The position numbers and the translations under genes were made by a program. The notes beneath the pieces are model-generated. The model worked only from the letters and a program-made list of their open reading frames with translations. It was not told the origin of the DNA and ran no database searches. Positions 16,462 to 28,055 of a stretch of DNA of 64,000 nucleotides are shown here, in pieces. The stretch is from a virus. How positions within the stretch are numbered: the first letter of the stretch is position 1; each line of letters begins with the position of its first letter. Where the stretch lies: the IMG/VR virus record IMGVR_UViG_3300047650_000023. One strand, 5' to 3'.

Positions 16462-18692
16462 TTATTATCACCACCAAAATCTACTGTGAAATTATGATCA
16501 ACTCTATCAACTACTTCTGCTTGTTTGCCTTCATTGAAGTTAGATACATCAGAACTAAGATATCCAGTAACTCTAGCTATGCGCCAAATTTTTTGACTAT
16601 GGCAAATAGGACAATTATTTTCTATTTCACCTTGATATCCACAATCCAAACAAATATCACTTGGAAAATTAATAGCACCATATGGAATACCCAATTCCAT
16701 CATTCTATCAATAATTTTTTCTACTCCATCTTGATTATTATTTAGTTTACTATCAAGTTCAAGATATGTAATACAACCCGCCGTTTCATATTGAGTAAAT
16801 GGTGCTTCAAGTTCAAGTTTTTGTTCCATAGAAACCTTTTCCCAAACTGGAACATGGCTTGAGTTTGTTAAATATTTTTTATCTGTTACAAATGGAATTG
16901 AACCATATTCTTTTTTTAGTTTCTCAACTGATGTTTTACAAAGATTTTCTGCTGGAGTAGCATATGTAGAAAAATTGAGATTATATTTTTCAGAAGATGC
17001 TTTTGCATAATCATAAACATGTTTTACAACAGATAAGGCAAAGTTATATACTTTTTTATCATGTACAAAATTTGTACCAAATAAAGCTTGACACATTTCA
17101 GCAATACCAATAAATCCAAATCCTAATGTTCCATGTTTCATTGCATTATAAACATTATCTTCACATTTATCATAATCAGCAATAGTACCATTATCATACA
17201 TAAATGGAGCAGATTTTAAAGATTGATTACAAATATAACTAAATCTATTCAATAAAGATTCTCTTGTTATATCAAGAATATTATCAAGTGCCTTCCAAAA
17301 TCCTTCTATATCTGGTGTTTTACGTTTACCTTGACAGATACCATACTCAATACCAATCTTAGGAAGTATAATTGTTGTAGGACAAATATTTCCTCTTCCT
17401 ACTTGTTTATATCCTAATCCATGTCTATCAAATCCAAGTTGAGTTCTACATCCCATAGTGGCTTTAATTGTATCAATATCATCAGGATTTTCTAGATGGG
17501 TAGGTGAATCACAATTAACCCAATTAGGATAAAATCTTTTTGTCATAGATTGAATTGCAAGTTTTTTTAGATAATAATTTGGTGTTCCTTCTTTATCATT
17601 TATACCTTTTTTATATTGAAATATGGCAATTGGGAAAATACTAGTTTTATGTACTTTACCAATACCATCAATAGATGCTTTCAATAGCCACTCTGTTACT
17701 AACTGTCCTTCTTTGCTTGTATCTCGTCCATAATTTATTGAAGTGAATGGAACTTGTGCGCCAGCTCTTGATTCAAGTGTATTAAGATTATGATAAAGTG
17801 CTTGCGCTCCTTGCATACCTTCTCTATAAGTCATATCATAAGCATATTGATAAACCGATTCATACGCTTTTGCATTTTCACTGTTTAATGAAATATCAAA
17901 TCCATTATTAATAGTTTCTTGAATCAATTCATCTGTATAATGAGATATATATTTCATACCATCTTTATAATGTTTAACGAATGATTTTTTTACGTATGGT
18001 GCGATATCATAATCTATATGGGCTGAAGCCACACCACCAAATTGAACTTGTGATTGAATTTGAAATATAACAGCTATAAGTTGAAAAGCTGTTGCTATAG
18101 AATTAGCACCTCTTACATCACCATTTCTTGTAGAAAATCCTTCTTTTAGAAGTTTGCCTACATCAGCAAAAAGACAGTTATGAGAACCAATTGCATATTT
18201 ATCAAAATCATGAATATATATATAACCATCTTCAAAAGCTTTTTTTACCGATTCTGTCAATAGATTATCTTTTGCATATTGTTTATGTAATTCTGAACCA
18301 ACTCTATTTTCCCTACCAGAAAAAGAATATTGGTCAATATTTGCATTATTGTTATCAATATTACTACAAGAAATTATATCATGTGTTTTCTGATAAAGTT
18401 CTTTGTTTAAGTTTCTTACCCTAGTGCGTTCTTGTCGATACGTAATATACTCTTTAGCAACATCCTTACGGCTACTTGCCATAAGTTTATCTTCTACAAT
18501 ATCTTGAATAGATTCTACTGAAATCTTTTTAATATTTGAATCTTCAATTGTATGTGCAATTTTATTTGAAATGCTTAATGCAATTTCACGATTTATTCCA
18601 TTGTCTGTTCGCTCCATTGCTTTAATAATTGCATCAGTTATTTTCGTTCTATTAAATTCTACTTTTCTACCATCACGCTTAGTGACTTCCAT
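16458..18692 (-). CDS. nrdD: Class III ribonucleoside-triphosphate reductase with ATP cone
   Basis: N-terminal 'VTKRDGR..EFN..KI', 'IYIHD', 'MGCRT', C-terminal 'CLDC...CPIC...RVTGYL' glycyl-radical motif. Confidence 0.97.
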   Translation of the reverse strand: MEVTKRDGRKVEFNRTKITDAIIKAMERTDNGINREIALSISNKIAHTIEDSNIKKISVESIQDIVEDKLMASSRKDVAKEYITYRQERTRVRNLNKELYQKTHDIISCSNIDNNNANIDQYSFSGRENRVGSELHKQYAKDNLLTESVKKAFEDGYIYIHDFDKYAIGSHNCLFADVGKLLKEGFSTRNGDVRGANSIATAFQLIAVIFQIQSQVQFGGVASAHIDYDIAPYVKKSFVKHYKDGMKYISHYTDELIQETINNGFDISLNSENAKAYESVYQYAYDMTYREGMQGAQALYHNLNTLESRAGAQVPFTSINYGRDTSKEGQLVTEWLLKASIDGIGKVHKTSIFPIAIFQYKKGINDKEGTPNYYLKKLAIQSMTKRFYPNWVNCDSPTHLENPDDIDTIKATMGCRTQLGFDRHGLGYKQVGRGNICPTTIILPKIGIEYGICQGKRKTPDIEGFWKALDNILDITRESLLNRFSYICNQSLKSAPFMYDNGTIADYDKCEDNVYNAMKHGTLGFGFIGIAEMCQALFGTNFVHDKKVYNFALSVVKHVYDYAKASSEKYNLNFSTYATPAENLCKTSVEKLKKEYGSIPFVTDKKYLTNSSHVPVWEKVSMEQKLELEAPFTQYETAGCITYLELDSKLNNNQDGVEKIIDRMMELGIPYGAINFPSDICLDCGYQGEIENNCPICHSQKIWRIARVTGYLSSDVSNFNEGKQAEVVDRVDHNFTVDFGGDNN

Positions 18693-18908
18693 TTATACTC
18701 TCCATTCTTTTTTATAATTATAATAATTATCTTTACTTAGTTCTGCAATTTTCCCCATCAAATCCTTATTTGCTTGTCTTAATTCATTGTTTTCATCTAT
18801 CACTTCCTTATATTGAGTTTCTTTGATGTCACTAGCCATATAATAGCCTGCGAAAATACAAAGTAGACATGCCCATATCACCCCAATTATAACTACTATT
18901 TCATCCAT
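18693..18908 (-). CDS. Small membrane-anchored hypothetical protein
   Basis: N-terminal TM helix plus coiled coil. Confidence 0.5.
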   Translation of the reverse strand: MDEIVVIIGVIWACLLCIFAGYYMASDIKETQYKEVIDENNELRQANKDLMGKIAELSKDNYYNYKKEWRV

Positions 18909-18914
18909 ATAAGT

Positions 18915-19535
18915 TTATTTCGTCCTCCAAATTGTATTTTGTTCAATAATCTCTTTTATTTGAACTATCTTTTCAATTTCATTATAAATTTCAGACCAAT
19001 CATTTACTCTAATTAAATTATTTTGAATATCATCGACATTTTGATTCCACGGATAAGAATAAAGAATTTTATAATAATTACCACCAATTAAATTATGTAA
19101 AGCATCGTCAATACAAATGTCAGATTTCACAGAAAGTTTATCTTCTGTAATAGTTACTTGTTCCCATTTTAAAAATGGATAGTAATGAAATAACCAATCC
19201 ATTTTAATTGATATGGTTTTATAATAACTTGCTGTTACAATTTTTACTTTATATTTATTATTGAGTATTTCAAGATATTTTTGAGAGTTTGGAAGTGGTT
19301 TAAGACTTTTCCATAACGATTCATCAAGTAATGGTGAAATGATTTGCTGCTCAGTAAGTGTTGTAAAAGCTTTTTGCATATTCCATTCTTTAATATCTGA
19401 TAGCTTAACATTTAGATTATATTGTCTATTGAGTGTTTGAGTCCAAATTGGATTAAGATCATTAAGAATATTATCAAGATCACAAGAGATAATAATATTC
19501 TTATTCATGTTCAACCTCATATTCTTTGATGTCAT
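18915..19535 (-). CDS. HAD-family 5'(3')-deoxyribonucleotidase
   Basis: 'CDLDNILND', 'IVTAS', 'K..WL..YYPF', 'ICIDD..HNL'. Confidence 0.85.
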   Translation of the reverse strand: MTSKNMRLNMNKNIIISCDLDNILNDLNPIWTQTLNRQYNLNVKLSDIKEWNMQKAFTTLTEQQIISPLLDESLWKSLKPLPNSQKYLEILNNKYKVKIVTASYYKTISIKMDWLFHYYPFLKWEQVTITEDKLSVKSDICIDDALHNLIGGNYYKILYSYPWNQNVDDIQNNLIRVNDWSEIYNEIEKIVQIKEIIEQNTIWRTK

Positions 19536-20271
19536 TTATAATGTCTTGAATACATTTATCAAAATTATAATTTTGGACTATGTAATCACAATTCGCCTTT
19601 ACTGTGAAATAATCAAATACTTGCTCGTCATCTTTTAATCTACGTTGCCATTCTGTTTCATCATAACCATATCTGCGTTTTGCTCTGAACTCTCTTTCGC
19701 TAGAATCTACTTTTATGTAAAATGAAATAACTTTATCACCATATTCTTGCTTGAAAGCTTTAAGACCAACAATATCAAGAACTACAATGTAACTATTTTC
19801 TTCAAGGTTAATGCTGTCTTTATGTACACCATAAAACCATGTATTAGGAATATTATTTACAAGAGTTTCATATTTTCTAAATTCGATTAATTCATTATTA
19901 TCAATCATCTGCTCAAACTTATTTCGACTAATAAAATGATATGGATTATTCTCCGTTTCATCTGGTCTAGGAGGTCTTGATGTATGAGAAACTACAAATT
20001 TATATCCATAATGTTCTGAAAAATAACTTGCAATTTTGTCTTTACCACTAGCTGAAGGTGCTACAAAAATAATTATTTTATTATTTTTTAATCTATTTAA
20101 TTTTTCAGTTGTCTTTTTGGATAATTCTACAATAGTTCCATTATGTATTCCGTCCATTAAATCATCCATAAGTGTATATAATGTTGCTAAATTATTAAGA
20201 CTGTATGCATCTTGTATGCGTTGAAGAATATTAGTCATTTTGTGTATTAACTCCTTCTTTTTCTTCACCAT
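19501..20271 (-). CDS. gmk: Guanylate kinase-like protein with N-terminal extension
   Basis: 'APSASGKD', 'VSHTSRPPRPDE...PYHFIS', 'IEFRKY...WFYG', 'RRLKDDE..F'. Confidence 0.85.
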   Translation of the reverse strand: MVKKKKELIHKMTNILQRIQDAYSLNNLATLYTLMDDLMDGIHNGTIVELSKKTTEKLNRLKNNKIIIFVAPSASGKDKIASYFSEHYGYKFVVSHTSRPPRPDETENNPYHFISRNKFEQMIDNNELIEFRKYETLVNNIPNTWFYGVHKDSINLEENSYIVVLDIVGLKAFKQEYGDKVISFYIKVDSSEREFRAKRRYGYDETEWQRRLKDDEQVFDYFTVKANCDYIVQNYNFDKCIQDIINDIKEYEVEHE

Positions 20272-20678
20272 CTTTTTTCAATTTATTAATTATTAAACTT
20301 GTTGCTTTTTGCTGATTTTTCATCATTTTACGATATTCCATAATCTTAAAAGAAAGTGTTTGCGCTAGCTCATAAATTTCATTTATACGCCCATCTTCAT
20401 ATATGGAATATTGATTTAAGATTTCAATTTCTTTATCATACTTCCCCATTATTATTTCCTTTCTCAATTTCATTTAAAATAGTTTCAATATCAATACAAT
20501 GTTGTTCACACACTTCATTAAAATCAATATATCTAAATCCTTCAGCATTTCTCACTTGTCTACTGTAAGAAACATAATCTCTTAAATGTATAATTGTTTC
20601 TTCAAGATTACTCGATATAATAGTTTCTTTATTTACTTCTGTATTATTAATTTGTTGTTCTTGGTTTTGTTCGTCCAA
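20231..20678 (-). CDS. Two small hypothetical proteins (20231-20473, 20436-20678)
   Basis: ORF track; overlapping, operon-like. Confidence 0.5.
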
Positions 20679-20679
20679 T

Positions 20680-20907
20680 TTAATTCTCCTTTAAAACTTC
20701 AAATCTGTTAAACATATTTTCATCTTCTTTATTTTCAAACTTAACAATTATAGGATTGTTTAAATTTAAGCTCATTAAGCCCAATAATGATTTTGCACAT
20801 AGAATTCTATTCCCTGTTTCAGACTGAGCTGTTATATCTCCTTTACATAATTGTGCTAATGTAAAAAACTGATCACGATCAATAATCTTATGTAAATCAA
20901 GTGTCAT
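20680..20907 (-). CDS. HPr-like phosphocarrier-fold protein
   Basis: 'GDITAQS...AKSLLGLMSL' matches the HPr Ser46 region; no 'GLHARP' His15 motif. Confidence 0.75.
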   Translation of the reverse strand: MTLDLHKIIDRDQFFTLAQLCKGDITAQSETGNRILCAKSLLGLMSLNLNNPIIVKFENKEDENMFNRFEVLKEN

Positions 20908-20927
20908 TTAATTTATTATTCCTTTCT

Positions 20928-21158
20928 TTATTTCTTTTTAGACCATAATATATAACCTTGAATATTCAGTACAATATAAAAAAGATACATTATTAACTGA
21001 AACCAATTATGTAAATAAACGTCTACTACAATCCAAACTACATTACTAATAATCCAAATTGTATATCCTTGTTTATTTTGTTTGTTAATTAACCAGTTTC
21101 CCCATAAACTAAATATTAGTGCAATAAACGAAAATATTTGAAAACTTAAATTATTCAA
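20928..21158 (-). CDS. Small PnuC-like membrane protein
   Basis: 'SLWGNWL..KQNKQGYTIWIISNVVW...YLFYIVLNIQGYILW' three-helix pattern. Confidence 0.6.
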   Translation of the reverse strand: MNNLSFQIFSFIALIFSLWGNWLINKQNKQGYTIWIISNVVWIVVDVYLHNWFQLIMYLFYIVLNIQGYILWSKKK

Positions 21159-21160
21159 AC

Positions 21161-21757
21161 TTATTTTACCTCATAAAAATCATTGTTATACAAATCATAT
21201 CTTGATTGAATATTAGTCAAATCTTCATTTCTATGTTTAGAAATAAATTTATTCCAATATCCACATGACTTAAATTCACAACAACCACATCTATAAATAC
21301 AATTTGGTACAAGAACATTTGACAATTCAGATTCACACGGTTTAATGTTTATTTTAAAATCTACGGCTAGTTCTCTTGTTTCAGGACTTGCCATAAAACA
21401 CAGACGTTTACGCCAAGAATCAATTAAATGTTGTGCATTAGCTTCGCCATCAAATTTAACTAATTCACTTTGACTTAAATTTTTTCTATCTACACCAGTT
21501 CTATCACTTCTTTGTGTTTCAATAAAACATTCCCATTTATGTCTTGACCAATGTGTAGCAACCCATGAATAAATATTATTCCATGTCCAATCAATTTTAA
21601 GTAATCTAATTGGACTATGTTCTGATATAAGAAGTTTTCTTTTAAATTCGATTGTAGGAATATTTTCGGTATAATTTTTTCCAATAGTGGTTCTACATTT
21701 ATTTTTAATATTTACCCAATCTGCATCAATTTTATTAAATATTGTCTTTAATATCAT
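21161..21757 (-). CDS. thyX: Flavin-dependent thymidylate synthase-like protein (short phage type)
   Basis: 'SEHSPIR', 'WVATHWSRHK', 'TQRSDRTG', 'NAQHLI...RKRLC..AS.ETR', 'VPNCIYRCGC.E'. Confidence 0.75.
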   Translation of the reverse strand: MILKTIFNKIDADWVNIKNKCRTTIGKNYTENIPTIEFKRKLLISEHSPIRLLKIDWTWNNIYSWVATHWSRHKWECFIETQRSDRTGVDRKNLSQSELVKFDGEANAQHLIDSWRKRLCFMASPETRELAVDFKINIKPCESELSNVLVPNCIYRCGCCEFKSCGYWNKFISKHRNEDLTNIQSRYDLYNNDFYEVK

Positions 21758-24700
21758 TATTCACTTTCTTTCTTTTCAAATTTCTTCTTAGTGTTCTTAT
21801 TATTGAGAATACATCGTTCTAGTTTTACCTTATCTATTATTACACAACAATCTACGGCACAATGATATTCAAATTCTACAGATTTATCAACCTTGGTAAG
21901 TGTAACTGAAAATAACTGGTCACAGCCTTCACATTGTTCAATAGTCAATTTTAGACTTCTTCTTTCTCTTATTTAATTTATTGTTTATATTCTTGTTTTC
22001 ATCATCTCCATATTCTCTAAGATTACGTTTGCTTTTCTTGTATTCCTTAATACGGTCTTTTTCTTTTTGCTCTGGTGTTTTCAAACTTATGTATTCCTTT
22101 CTATTTCTGTTTTTAATTTATTTTAGTTGCTGATAATATTATACTATACAATCCCGACTATGTCAATACAATTCTTAATTTATTTCAGTTATCTTTTGAT
22201 TTCACCGATTGTATATAATTCATCTTCAAGTTCTTTTGAAATATTCATAGAAGTTCCTATAGATTCTTCATTATGATAATAGAAATTAGTATCTTCTGAA
22301 GATACGCGATATTTAACACCTTTAAGATATTCTATATGACTAATCGGATTAATAAAATCATTCAAAAAATAAATATATTTTTGTGGTTTAGACATTTATA
22401 ATTACTCCTTTACGATTTATTTATTTTACCACAGTTACCTTCACATTTCCAAATAACATTCTGTAGTTCATAAATTCTAGTTATTGAAGAACCACAAGCA
22501 GGACAGAATTCTAGATTTGGCTCAGTCATTTTCTTTTGTATTTCAATTATCCCACATTTGGGACAATTGTATTTATAATAAGCCATTTATTATTTATCAC
22601 ATCACTTCATAAAAAATATTCCAATACATATTGCTATTATGTTAGTAATTAGCCCAACAGTAAAACCAATAAAAAATCCTTTATAATATTCTTGATTAAA
22701 ATTTTTGCTGTTTAATTTTTTATTATCATCTTTTTCACAGATTTCATTTAACTTATCATCAACTTGTTTCATTGATTTATAAATATGTGTCACCTTCAAT
22801 TCTTACTAAATCTCACCAAAAGATTTTTTTATTCACATTATTTTTGCATTAATCTGATATTCGATTTCACCATTTATTCTTGAAACAGAATATGAAATGA
22901 GTTTTGCATTACCAGCATTGTCAAAATTGATTTTAGAATAGATATTTAAATTATGTACATCATATTTTGTTATGACTTTATTTGCAATATTAACTAAAAT
23001 ACGCTTAAAAGGACTCTTCAATATATTTCACCTCCAATCAATTGAACATATCATGTTAAGTTTTATTAAAATAATTAGGATGTTCATTTAAAAACTGTAG
23101 ACCATTTTTTAAATATTTTTTATATTCATATTGTTTTTGAATATACTTCCACGGTTTTGCTTCATAATAAGGAACGTTTTTATATTCCTCTATGATTTCT
23201 CCTGTTTTAGAATCTTTTAAAGTTATATCTACACTATCATTTCCCATTAGAAATTCATTTATAATTTATTCACTTCCTAATATACAATCAAAGTTGTATT
23301 TGTTGATATATTAATCATCATAATCATTTTTAGCTTCATCATATCCATCATCGTAACCTTCGGTGTATGATTTATCTTTTATTGTTTCAATAACTTCCTC
23401 ATTAATTGAAGCCTCATAATTATTTATATAATTAGATATTTCTTTATTAACTTCCAATAACAAATTTTCAATATCCTCTTTTGATTCAATTTTACCTACA
23501 ATATAAGCTGGAATAATAATCACCTCCCATCGTATAACCTTATATAAGCCTACAGACTCACTTATTTTCTCCAAGCATAATTATTGCACTATAATCGTCA
23601 GATGCTGATATAACGCCTAGAATTGGCTTGTATGTATCTTCTGATTGAATAAATACAAGTGCGAGAGAATCATCATGAAACTTGCTTTTATCATTTAGTT
23701 GTTCTTTTAAGTCTTTTACTGTTAAACAACTTTGACCCATTTCCAGTCCTCCTTTCATTTAAAACTATCACCAATGGTACGATTTATGGTAGTTGTGTGG
23801 TTTCTATATTAACAAGTTCTTCTTTTAGACTTTTAATCTGATCTTTTATATATTGTTTTCTTTGTTCTATCTTTTGTTTTTCAACTACTTCGCTTTTATT
23901 TAATTCATTTTTACTAAACTCTTCTTCAAATTTCCAATAGTCACTTTCATCTCCATTCCAACTACTATTAAGAATAGATTCAACTTTTTCAATTGTAAAA
24001 GCAGGAGCAAACCAATCACATCCGTGCCCACAACAATCGTGTTTTGAATTATAATCTTTATCTTCAGGAGAACATTGACAATATCCCCAACTACGTTCAT
24101 CTGATTTAAATGTAATTCTATAATAATAATTCTCATCATCATTTTTAATTATGTAAACAGAAATACTACCATACGTGTACCCGCCTGTATTATCTTCCTC
24201 ATAACTACTAATTCTATATTCATTTCTTGTAATATCATTGATAAAAACATTGCTATCATTAATATTTTGATCTATTATTGATACCATATAGCATATATCT
24301 AATGGTCGCTTATTGTTATCTATTCTGTATTCATTTTCCCTATTTAAAGTATCAATTAATTCTCTTATAAAGTAATCTTTAACTTCCATTTTTTATCTCC
24401 TTTAAATTTTTATTATTAATCAATTATTTAATCTATTGGGTTTTGCAAGTCTTTAATAACATTTATTCTGTATTCTTCGAGCCAATGATCTTTATATTTA
24501 ATTGTTTGTAATATTGGAATTAAACAATCATATTCCCAATTTTCAAAACACCTAATTGTAATATCATTAATCTCAACATTATTATATTTCAATCCGTAAG
24601 TAACCATATCAATAATTAGTATATTAACATCTCGACTATTAAAATGAGATAAAATATGAAATATTGAAATCAGTCTATGATTATTATTTAGATTTTGTCC

Positions 24701-25551
24701 AAAGATTATATATAACCAATCTACTTTATCTTTTATGTTTTCTTTACATAAATTAAAATATGCTTCGGACGAAGATGTCATTCCTGATTCACAACTTTCA
24801 TTATCTATCAGAGATAAAAATAAATTTGTATTCAATTTTATAATTTCCTTTCTAAATGTTAATGAAATGGGAAATCTATATCTGTTTGTAATTATAAATA
24901 TTAATAATTGCCAAACATCCATTCATTGCAGCCATTATTAAATCAATTATTCCTAAATAACTATCATTATTACATAAACAAATAAATGTCGAAATAAGAC
25001 AAAATATAAAAGTTAATATATTAAATATAATTATTCCTAAAATAAATTTCCTCATTATTCATTCACCTCAATTAAATCTTCAATATTAAACAACCACTTA
25101 GGATTATTTGTATCTTCAACAAGCGATACAAAATTTTTATAATATTGATTAGGTTCAATATGTAGGATAGTATCTCTATTAGTTGTTATAAATTCTTTAT
25201 ATGTATTAGGTTTGAAATCATAAGTTTTATCTTTGCTAATGTTTTTATAATTTAATCTTATTTTTCTACCTTCTATTTTATCATAATTTTTAACATTTGA
25301 TACATTATTAATAATATTTTCTACTTCTGTAAATCTCATTTATTTTTTCTTCTTTCTTACTTTATTTATTCACATTTTAATTTCTGTAAAGTTTCATTTA
25401 TTATTAATTGATCTTTGTCATTTAACGTTTCATTATCTGCTTGACATTTATTAAATATTTCAGTAGGACATTGAAATACATTCTCATGGTTTACACTCAT
25501 GTAATCACATACTAAAGTTCCACCTAGATATTTTTTAAAGGGACATTTCAT
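21757..25551 (-). other. Array of about 11 small hypothetical phage ORFs
   Basis: ORF-track ORFs 21757, 22189, 22602, 22833, 23056, 23311, 23558, 23784, 24428, 25055, 25366, co-oriented, mostly with RBS. Confidence 0.6.
22138..22166 (-). promoter_or_regulatory. Consensus SigA promoter
   Basis: TTGACA-17 nt-TATAAT. Confidence 0.85.
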
Positions 25552-25593
25552 TTAATTATTCCTCATTTCTTATCAATATCATGATTTATTAGA

Positions 25594-26061
25594 TTACATT
25601 CCAACAATATCAATGATTTTATCTGAATATTTGTTCATTATATTGTTAGAAAACGTTTCTGCATCTTGTTCGGTCCATTTATATTTATACTTTGTTTTAT
25701 TAAGTTTCTTATCATTATATTTATCTGATATATATAACCTTTGATATTGATGTCTTATTTCATGAAAAATGGTTTTTATAGCATACATTTTTTCAATACT
25801 ATAATTAGTAATATCGAAGTTAAACAAATATATAAAACATTTATTATAATATTGACAAGATGATCCTTCTATTTTACCTAAAAATATATTTGGAATTAAA
25901 CTTATGTAATGCTTTTGATTAATCCATTTTAAACACTGTAATTTATTTTTAGGAAAGATCACATCAATATTTAAATTTTGGTATTCAGGTGGTAATAAAT
26001 TTACAAGTTCTTGAATTTGCTTATTGTTAAATTTATTTGAATAATTAATTAAGTTAATCAT
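25594..26061 (-). CDS. Putative zinc metallopeptidase-like protein
   Basis: 'IFHEIRHQYQ' HExxH and downstream 'WTEQDAE'. Confidence 0.6.
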   Translation of the reverse strand: MINLINYSNKFNNKQIQELVNLLPPEYQNLNIDVIFPKNKLQCLKWINQKHYISLIPNIFLGKIEGSSCQYYNKCFIYLFNFDITNYSIEKMYAIKTIFHEIRHQYQRLYISDKYNDKKLNKTKYKYKWTEQDAETFSNNIMNKYSDKIIDIVGM

Positions 26062-26102
26062 ATGATTTCATTAATAACTCCATATCATTATAATTGCTCT
26101 TT

Positions 26103-26690
26103 TTATGTAATATTAATTATTTCTTCGTCTTTTGTATTAATAATATGAAATGGTCGTTGTACTCCACAAGAAATGTGTTCTGCTGCCTCTAGTGCGATCT
26201 TTATTTTATTTGGAATAGGAATGTCTAAATCTTTAGTTGAATAAAGACTTCCCATAGCTATATCTTCTCCACAACCAACTGACGTATAACCATCAGATGG
26301 TTCAAGAACAGAATAATCACATTGAACCTCAAATAATTTATCTTTTGCTCCAATAATAAAATTAGCACCTTTTTCTTTCTCTATTTCTGATTTAATTCCA
26401 TTATTAAATAGTGTAATAATATTAGGAATAAACTTTGTTACCATATATTTATGATCTAATGTAGTATTTTTATAAAAATCTGCTTCATTAAATAATGAAT
26501 CTGCATATTTAAGTAAATCAATATGTCTAAATGTTGAGGTTGATCCCATAATTACATTTTTAAAGATTTCATTTCTAAATATCTTTGATTGTGCATTAAC
26601 TTCTTTTGTATAACCATTACTACCTAAACTATCACCTCCTACCCATACACAAGCATTAACCAAATCCACATACCCAATAACGCAAGTCAT
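26103..26690 (-). CDS. HslV/proteasome-like Ntn-hydrolase subunit
   Basis: Thr directly after Met ('MTCVIG'), 'GGDSLG', 'SVGCGEDIAMGSL', 'ALEAAE'. Confidence 0.7.
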   Translation of the reverse strand: MTCVIGYVDLVNACVWVGGDSLGSNGYTKEVNAQSKIFRNEIFKNVIMGSTSTFRHIDLLKYADSLFNEADFYKNTTLDHKYMVTKFIPNIITLFNNGIKSEIEKEKGANFIIGAKDKLFEVQCDYSVLEPSDGYTSVGCGEDIAMGSLYSTKDLDIPIPNKIKIALEAAEHISCGVQRPFHIINTKDEEIINIT

Positions 26691-26937
26691 TAATTATCTC
26701 CTTTAATTTTAATTTATTTTATACAATCAATCTCATCTTTTATGAACATATCTATTAATTTGATTTCGATATTCAATACATTTATTCCAAATAGTATCAC
26801 GTTCAACACTACAATCTACACAAGTTCCAACATCACTTTCAGGGTTACCAAAAGTAGCACATTTACTTAGTTTAATATATTTTGTTATTTCTATTTCAGT
26901 CATTTTATCAACTCCTTGTTTCTCTTAGAAAATATAC

Positions 26938-28020
26938 TTATACTGTACTTCCATATAATTCGCTTTCATGCTCAACTTGCTCATTTTTGTTTTTATTTTT
27001 TAATATACTAATTGCCGTATTAAGACACCATAGTTCTTCAGTTGTTATATCATAAATATCATATTCTTCTTCATGATCAAGTTTCCATTGTAATCGTTCA
27101 AGTTCATTAGCTATATCTGTTGGTGTATATGACTTACTTTCCATAATATTTTTCACCTCACTTTCAATATTTGTTAACATATTATATACAACTTAATACA
27201 AGTCCTGTTATTTTAGTGTTTATAGGTTTGATAGTATCAATATATAATTTATTCACATTAAGAAGTATATATTTATCATATACATCTCCATATTCTGGAT
27301 AAATATATTTTTTACCAAGTTTATCATTAATTAAAATTGCATAATTCCCATTATATTTCATAGAACTTAAACTATTAATACATTCTTTTACGGTCATAAT
27401 TTTTCATCTCCTATCTACCATGAAATAACACTTCTATTGTACTTTTTCAATACCAAAACTAAAATCAAACCTAATATTATACACATTAGCATTACATTTT
27501 GAACAATTTTTAGTAACAATTTTATTCGCTAAAATATGTACTAGATCATAATTGATATTATTATCATTAGTATAATACATTTCTTTGTTGTAAAGATTAT
27601 TAATTCTATTATTACAGACAATACATTCTGTTGACATCTTAACAATATTTATATTGATTTTATAAGACACATTATCTAAATCATTATTGCTAGTCATATT
27701 AATTAATTCTTTCCATACTTCATAAGATATGCTAATTCTTCTCTTAATATTATCTTCTCTAAAACCATAATTCTTAATTAATAAAATTGAAGTAGAATCT
27801 AAATTAATATCTATTTAATTCTATCTTTAATTTTATTAAATATTTCACAATCAATGCAAGACCTTTCTCCTAAATAGTTATTAATACAAAATGGATTGTT
27901 TGTACTACTATAAGCATGACATGTGCAACCACCTGTTATTTCTTTTGCTGTTTCATAATTCATCTCGTTCACATTAAGATTTAAATTATCAAACAAATTT
28001 TTTACCTCAGTATTATTCAT
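26938..28020 (-). other. Four small hypothetical ORFs (26938, 27182, 27434, 27811)
   Basis: ORF track; two carry CxxC pairs. Confidence 0.55.
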
Positions 28021-28055
28021 TATTATTTCTTCTTTAATTATTAATTTATTATTGT

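Noticed and set aside
26733-26903. Small Cys-containing ORF with an apparent +1 frameshift near its start
   Set aside because: No recognisable family to show which frame is real; could be two chance frames.
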